From positions 17,903 to 81,902 of the forward strand of contig CAVZUV010000003.1 of assembly GCA_963778575.1 (NCBI GenBank): a stretch of 64,000 bases of DNA, given 5' to 3'. Position 1 is the stretch's first letter. Every line of letters begins with the position of its first letter. The position numbers and the translations under genes were made by a program. Shown one piece after another: positions 59,819-64,000 of the stretch. Under the pieces are notes generated by a model. It was not told the DNA's origin. It saw only the letters and a list, made by a program, of their open reading frames with translations, and did not search any database. The stretch is from an uncultured delta proteobacterium (GTDB lineage Bacteria > Desulfobacterota > Desulfobacteria > Desulfobacterales > UBA11574).

Positions 59819-61468
59819 TCATTTTTCCAGTGTCATTTGGATGTAATGGCAGGGGCATTCCTTGGAGCACAGGCCGCACCCTTTACAAAAATCATAATCG
59901 AATTCAAATCCGCCGGAGGGCGACACCTTGACGGCACAGTCCGGGCAGTACATGTGGCAGTTGCCGCAGGAAAAACACAACCCGCAGCTAAAACACCGGC
60001 CGGCTTCCTCGACGATGGCCTCCGGGTCGATGGAAGGATAGATCTCCCGGAAGTTCTTCAGCCGCATGTGGATGGATTCCGCTTCTTTTTCAAAGCGTTT
60101 TTGTTTGTCATAGTAATACGTGTTCAGGTCCCTGGAAAATATCACCGGCGGCTGCGCCAGCTGGCTTTCCGTGTTCCCGTCGATGTAATCTTCGATGGCG
60201 GAAGCGGCCCGGGTTCCCTGGCCGATGGCCAATGACACCGTCTCAAGGCCCGCAACAGCGTCTCCGCCGGCAAACACCCCGTCCATGCTGGTCATCAGAT
60301 TCTCGTTGGTATGCATCCATTGGTTGTCCACGGTCTGAATGTCCAGACCGTCATAATCCACCGCCTGACCCGTGGCCATGATTACCGTATCCGCCGGAAT
60401 GAACGCTTCCGAACCCGCAATGGGAACCGGTCTGGCACGGCCGCTGGCATCGGGTTCCCTGAGCTCCATCTGGACGCACAACAGTCCCACCACACGGCCT
60501 TCGTCCGCAATGAGTTTCACCGGATTGGTGTGATATCGAAACAGGATCCGCTCTTCCATGGCCTCGTCGATCTCGGCCGTGATGGCCGGCATCTCCACCC
60601 GGGTCCGCCGGTAAACCACGCTCACGTTCGCTCCCAGACGTTTGGTCACCCGGGCGCAGTCCATGGCCGTGTTCCCGCCGCCGATGACCACCACATCCTT
60701 GCCGATCTCCATCCATTTGCCGCTGTTGACCTGCTTTAGAAAATCCACACCGGTATAGACGTTGTCCGCTGCCGTGCCGGGAAGATCGATCGCCACCCCT
60801 TTTTGGGCACCGGGACCCAGAAATACCGCATCATATTCCCGGCTCAGCTGGTCCAGGGCAAGGTTGACCCCCACCTTGACATTGCACTCCAGGTCAATGC
60901 CCAGGTTGAGAATCTTTTCAATTTCCTGTCTCAAGATGTAATTGGGCAGACGATACGGCGGAATCCCGTAACGCATCATGCCCCCGGGCTCGCCGGCTGC
61001 TTCATATATCTTTACATGAAACCCTCTTTTGGCCAGATGAAAGGCGCACGAGAGACCCGCGGGGCCCGAACCCACCACCGCGATCTTCTCTTTCCGGCCG
61101 GACACCAGTTTCTTGTGTACCAGGTTGTTCTTCAACCCGAAATCCCCCACCGCCCGCTCGGCGCTGTTGATGGCCAGCGGATCGTCAAAATCCCGGCGGT
61201 TGCAGCCCGCTTCACAGGGGTGCGGACACACCCGGCCGCACGTCGACGGCAATGGATTGGTCCGCGTCAGAACATGCCAGGCCGCTTCATAGTCCTTTTT
61301 GTCCGCCAGCACCCGCAAAAATCCGCGGATGTCGTTTCCGGCCGGGCAGCTGTGGGTGCACGGCGGGGTCTGCATGATGTTCACCGGCATCAGCGTGCGC
61401 CATGAGCCGGTCTTGTACGGCACCACTTTATGTAAATCCAGGACTAATCCCAAAGGTAGTTTTTCCAT
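59819..61468 (-). CDS. GltD/NfnB/SudA-like NAD(P)H-binding flavoprotein fused to a C-terminal 2x[4Fe-4S] ferredoxin domain
   Basis: N-terminal Cys clusters CTHSCPAGNDIRGF and CGRVCPHPCEAGCNR. Dinucleotide folds VVGSGPAGLS and VIGGGNTAMD. C-terminal CFSCGLCFSCGNCHMYCP and CKGCGLCSKECP. Its ATG overlaps the TAA of the preceding gene (TAATG). Confidence 0.85.
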   Translation of the reverse strand: MEKLPLGLVLDLHKVVPYKTGSWRTLMPVNIMQTPPCTHSCPAGNDIRGFLRVLADKKDYEAAWHVLTRTNPLPSTCGRVCPHPCEAGCNRRDFDDPLAINSAERAVGDFGLKNNLVHKKLVSGRKEKIAVVGSGPAGLSCAFHLAKRGFHVKIYEAAGEPGGMMRYGIPPYRLPNYILRQEIEKILNLGIDLECNVKVGVNLALDQLSREYDAVFLGPGAQKGVAIDLPGTAADNVYTGVDFLKQVNSGKWMEIGKDVVVIGGGNTAMDCARVTKRLGANVSVVYRRTRVEMPAITAEIDEAMEERILFRYHTNPVKLIADEGRVVGLLCVQMELREPDASGRARPVPIAGSEAFIPADTVIMATGQAVDYDGLDIQTVDNQWMHTNENLMTSMDGVFAGGDAVAGLETVSLAIGQGTRAASAIEDYIDGNTESQLAQPPVIFSRDLNTYYYDKQKRFEKEAESIHMRLKNFREIYPSIDPEAIVEEAGRCFSCGLCFSCGNCHMYCPDCAVKVSPSGGFEFDYDFCKGCGLCSKECPCHYIQMTLEK

Positions 61469-62358
61469 TATAAGTTAAACCTCTCTATATTTTCGTTGGC
61501 AATTTGTTGAATCTCGGCCACTTCCGGTGCCGGGACGCCTTTTTTGAAAAGGTGCTTGAAACGCCCCTGCAGTTTTAAATACTCTTCCACCGGCACCTTG
61601 ACCGGTATCTTTTTCACATTCGTCACCTTGCCGTCCACCATCTCGAACACGGGGTACAATCCGGTATCCTTGGCCAGACGGCAGATCTTGACGGTGAGCT
61701 CCCCGGCATGGCCCCAACCCAGGGGACAGGGAACAAGGATGTGAATATATTTCGGGCCTTCGATGGACAGGGCGGTCTTCACCTTTCGCTGAAGATCCCT
61801 GAAGTCGTCCACCGTGGCCGTGGCCACATACGGTATCCCGTGATCCGCCGCGATCAGCGGCAGATTCTTCTTCCGGGTCTTGTTCCCCATGGGGGTCGTC
61901 GTGGTCCTGGCCCCGAACGGCGTGAAACTGGAACGCTGAACACCCGTGTTCATGTACGCTTCGTTGTCGTAGCACACGTACAAGACATTGTGGCCCCGCT
62001 CGAACATCCCGGAGATGCACTGAAAACCGATGTCCGCCGTGCTCCCGTCACCGCCCTGGGCGATGATGTTCACCGGCCCTTTGTTCAACGCCTTGTAGGC
62101 CGCTTCCACCCCCGACGCCACCGCCGCCGCATTCTCGAACAGACTGTGCAAAAACGGGATGCGCCAGGACGGATCCGGATAGGGACTGCTGAACACTTCC
62201 AGACACCCCGTGGCCACGCAGGCAATGGTATTTTCTCCGGAGGCATCGGCCACCATACGGGCCGCCATGGCCTGACCGCACCCGCCGCAGGCCCGGTGCC
62301 CGCTGGTAAATAAATCCTTCTTCTCGACTCTGTCGAGTTCTTCGTTGCTTTGCGTCAT
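61468..62358 (-). CDS. 2-oxoacid:ferredoxin oxidoreductase, beta (TPP-binding) subunit
   Basis: GHRACGGCG, GGDGSTADIG and YVCYDNEAYMNTG are TPP and cluster motifs. Confidence 0.88.
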   Translation of the reverse strand: MTQSNEELDRVEKKDLFTSGHRACGGCGQAMAARMVADASGENTIACVATGCLEVFSSPYPDPSWRIPFLHSLFENAAAVASGVEAAYKALNKGPVNIIAQGGDGSTADIGFQCISGMFERGHNVLYVCYDNEAYMNTGVQRSSFTPFGARTTTTPMGNKTRKKNLPLIAADHGIPYVATATVDDFRDLQRKVKTALSIEGPKYIHILVPCPLGWGHAGELTVKICRLAKDTGLYPVFEMVDGKVTNVKKIPVKVPVEEYLKLQGRFKHLFKKGVPAPEVAEIQQIANENIERFNL

Positions 62359-62360
62359 GA

Positions 62361-63536
62361 TTATACTTCCTTATCCGATATGAGTTCTTTCTTTAAACCC
62401 AAAAATTCCAGCTCCACCGGCTCTCTCTCCACCTTCTCCACCATGTATCTCAGATCGTCCATGGAGATGTTCCGGCCCCCGAGACCCGCGATGAAACTCG
62501 AAAAGTTCCGGCCCTTCTTTTCAGCCCTCGGAAACGACCAGCGCACATCGCTGGCCAGTATGCCGCCTCTTCCCAGGGACACCGACTTTTCCAGAACCAC
62601 GATATTCAGCTTGTCTTTTAACGCGTGGTAGACCTCATGTCTCGGAAATGGCCGGTAGGAGCAAATCTGAAGCAGCCCCACTTTTTTGCCTTCTTCTTCG
62701 AGTTCATCGATGAGCTGCTTGATGGTGCCCACCACAGAGCCCATGGATACAATCACCAGATCCGCGTCTTCAATCTTGTACGTCTTGATGAAACCGCCGC
62801 TGTCCCGGCCGAAGGCCTTTAAAAAATCCGCACTGACTTTCTTGATGGTCGTTTCCGATCTCTCCATGGCCCGGTGCAGGATGTAGCGCGTTTCAAGATA
62901 AAACCTCGGATCCGCATACAACCCGATCCCCTTGGGCGATCTCGGGTCCACGATATTGGTCGGCGTGAATGCCGGCAAAAACGCGTCGATCTCTTTGGCA
63001 TCCGGAATGTCCACCGGTTCAAAGGCATGGGTGAGAATAAATCCGTCCATGCACACCATCACCGGCAGGGAGGTCTCTTCGGCAATCCTGAAAGCCTGGA
63101 TATGCAAATCCGCCGCCTCCTGGTTGTCCTCCGAATGCAGCTGTATCCAGCCCGCGTCCCGCAGTGCCATGGAATCCTGCTGATCGTTCCAGATGCTCAG
63201 CGGCGCCGATATGGCCCGGTTGGCGATGGTCAGCACGATGGGCAGCCGCATCCCCGCGATACAGTATATCACTTCGCTCATGAGCAACAGCCCCTGGGAC
63301 GTCGTCGCCGAATAGGCACGCGCACCCGCAGCACTCGCCCCCAGTACAACCGAGGCCGCCGCAAATTCACTCTCCACATTCACAAACTCCGCATGCAACC
63401 CCCCCTGGCCCACTATCAGCGCCAGATCTTCCACGATATGGGTCTGCGGCGTAATCGGATAGGCCGATATGACATTGGGCCGGCACATGGCCACCACTTG
63501 GGCTACCGCATGTGATCCTTCTATTTGTTTTAGCAT
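62361..63536 (-). CDS. 2-oxoacid:ferredoxin oxidoreductase, alpha subunit
   Basis: MLKQIEGSHAVAQVVAMCRPNVISAYPITPQT... is typical of PorA/VorA/KorA. The ATG at 63536 lies 5 nt after the gamma subunit stop. The ORF-track start at 63566 overlaps that gene. Confidence 0.88.
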   Translation of the reverse strand: MLKQIEGSHAVAQVVAMCRPNVISAYPITPQTHIVEDLALIVGQGGLHAEFVNVESEFAAASVVLGASAAGARAYSATTSQGLLLMSEVIYCIAGMRLPIVLTIANRAISAPLSIWNDQQDSMALRDAGWIQLHSEDNQEAADLHIQAFRIAEETSLPVMVCMDGFILTHAFEPVDIPDAKEIDAFLPAFTPTNIVDPRSPKGIGLYADPRFYLETRYILHRAMERSETTIKKVSADFLKAFGRDSGGFIKTYKIEDADLVIVSMGSVVGTIKQLIDELEEEGKKVGLLQICSYRPFPRHEVYHALKDKLNIVVLEKSVSLGRGGILASDVRWSFPRAEKKGRNFSSFIAGLGGRNISMDDLRYMVEKVEREPVELEFLGLKKELISDKEV

Positions 63537-63541
63537 GAAAC

Positions 63542-64000
63542 TTACCTCTTTTGCATGATTTCGCACGCCCGCTCAAGGGCGGCAACGTTGTTTTCTCCCA
63601 CCCGGCCGGGAAATTTCTCCATTATGGCCTCCTGAACCGCGTCCAGACTGATCAGACCCGTGATGGTGCAAAACGCTCCGATCATGATCGCATTGGGGAT
63701 GGGTCTCCCGATGATCTCCAGTGCAATCTCCGTGGCAGGGATGGTCTCTACGACCGCCGTGGTCTTCAACTGCAGATCCTCCGCCTTCTTCTCCGTGTTC
63801 ACCACAATCAGTCCGTCCGGCTTCAGTCCGTCCAAAATCGGAACCGTCTCCAGCAGATTCTCGTCCTGCACAATCAGATAACCCGGATGCCGCACATCCT
63901 CACGGGTCCGGATCTTCTTGTCGTCGATCCTCACAAACGCCTGGACCGGCGCTCCCACACGCTCTGCCCCAAACGATGGAAATGCCTGGGAAAACTTCCC
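63542..64000 (-). CDS. 2-oxoacid:ferredoxin oxidoreductase, gamma subunit (5' end beyond the window)
   Basis: The frame is open to position 64000: ...GKFSQAFPSFGAERVGAPVQAFVRIDDKKI...IGRPIPNAIMIGAF, the gamma-subunit signature. Confidence 0.85.
   Translation of the reverse strand, partial: GKFSQAFPSFGAERVGAPVQAFVRIDDKKIRTREDVRHPGYLIVQDENLLETVPILDGLKPDGLIVVNTEKKAEDLQLKTTAVVETIPATEIALEIIGRPIPNAIMIGAFCTITGLISLDAVQEAIMEKFPGRVGENNVAALERACEIMQKR

Noticed and set aside
59837-63515. Many 120-213-aa alternative-frame ORFs on both strands in the oxidoreductase operon
   Set aside because: This is the expected statistical consequence of high GC content. The four minus-strand genes have clear family motifs and translational coupling.

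Overview
This 64-kb window is a core housekeeping region of a moderately AT-rich chromosome. Gene content (Sec-decoding, TAXI-TRAP, 2-oxoacid:ferredoxin oxidoreductase, class I fumarase) and gene order suggest a delta-proteobacterial sulfate-reducer type (Desulfobacterota); that assignment is inference only.

Gene order, left to right:
- rtcB (partial) and archease
- two tandem moeA paralogues
- a SAM methyltransferase and an AmmeMemoRadiSam-type radical SAM enzyme
- DUF1566, USP and a TAXI-TRAP transporter
- a GT2 glycosyltransferase and hrpA
- a split ORF that reads as one selenoprotein gene
- an ABC-F ATPase, DUF374, an HExxH orphan and an MltD-like lytic transglycosylase
- the classical block tRNA-Thr/Tyr/Gly/Thr-tuf-rpmG-tRNA-Trp-secE-nusG-rplKAJL-rpoBC-rpsLG-tuf, followed by the S10/spc/alpha ribosomal operons through rplQ
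- a hydrolase, an AEC transporter, a small secreted protein, ykgJ and fumA
- a distinctly GC-richer 2-oxoacid:ferredoxin oxidoreductase operon, which runs off the right edge

Most noteworthy observations:
1. About 100 aa with a complete parvulin/PpiC-type PPIase signature are inserted in-frame into RNA polymerase beta-prime.
2. A DUF166-like gene has an in-frame UGA followed by an fdhF-like SECIS apex.
3. A roughly 29-codon stretch of secY is read out of the conserved frame between two G-runs (a compensated +1/-1 pair).
4. Two nucleotide-identical tuf copies have a G-ending codon usage unlike all neighbouring genes.
5. fusA is absent from the str operon, and adk/map are absent after secY.
6. 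Several intergenic spacers carry long imperfect palindromes built from short tandem words.

No CRISPR array, transposase, integrase or rRNA gene is visible.
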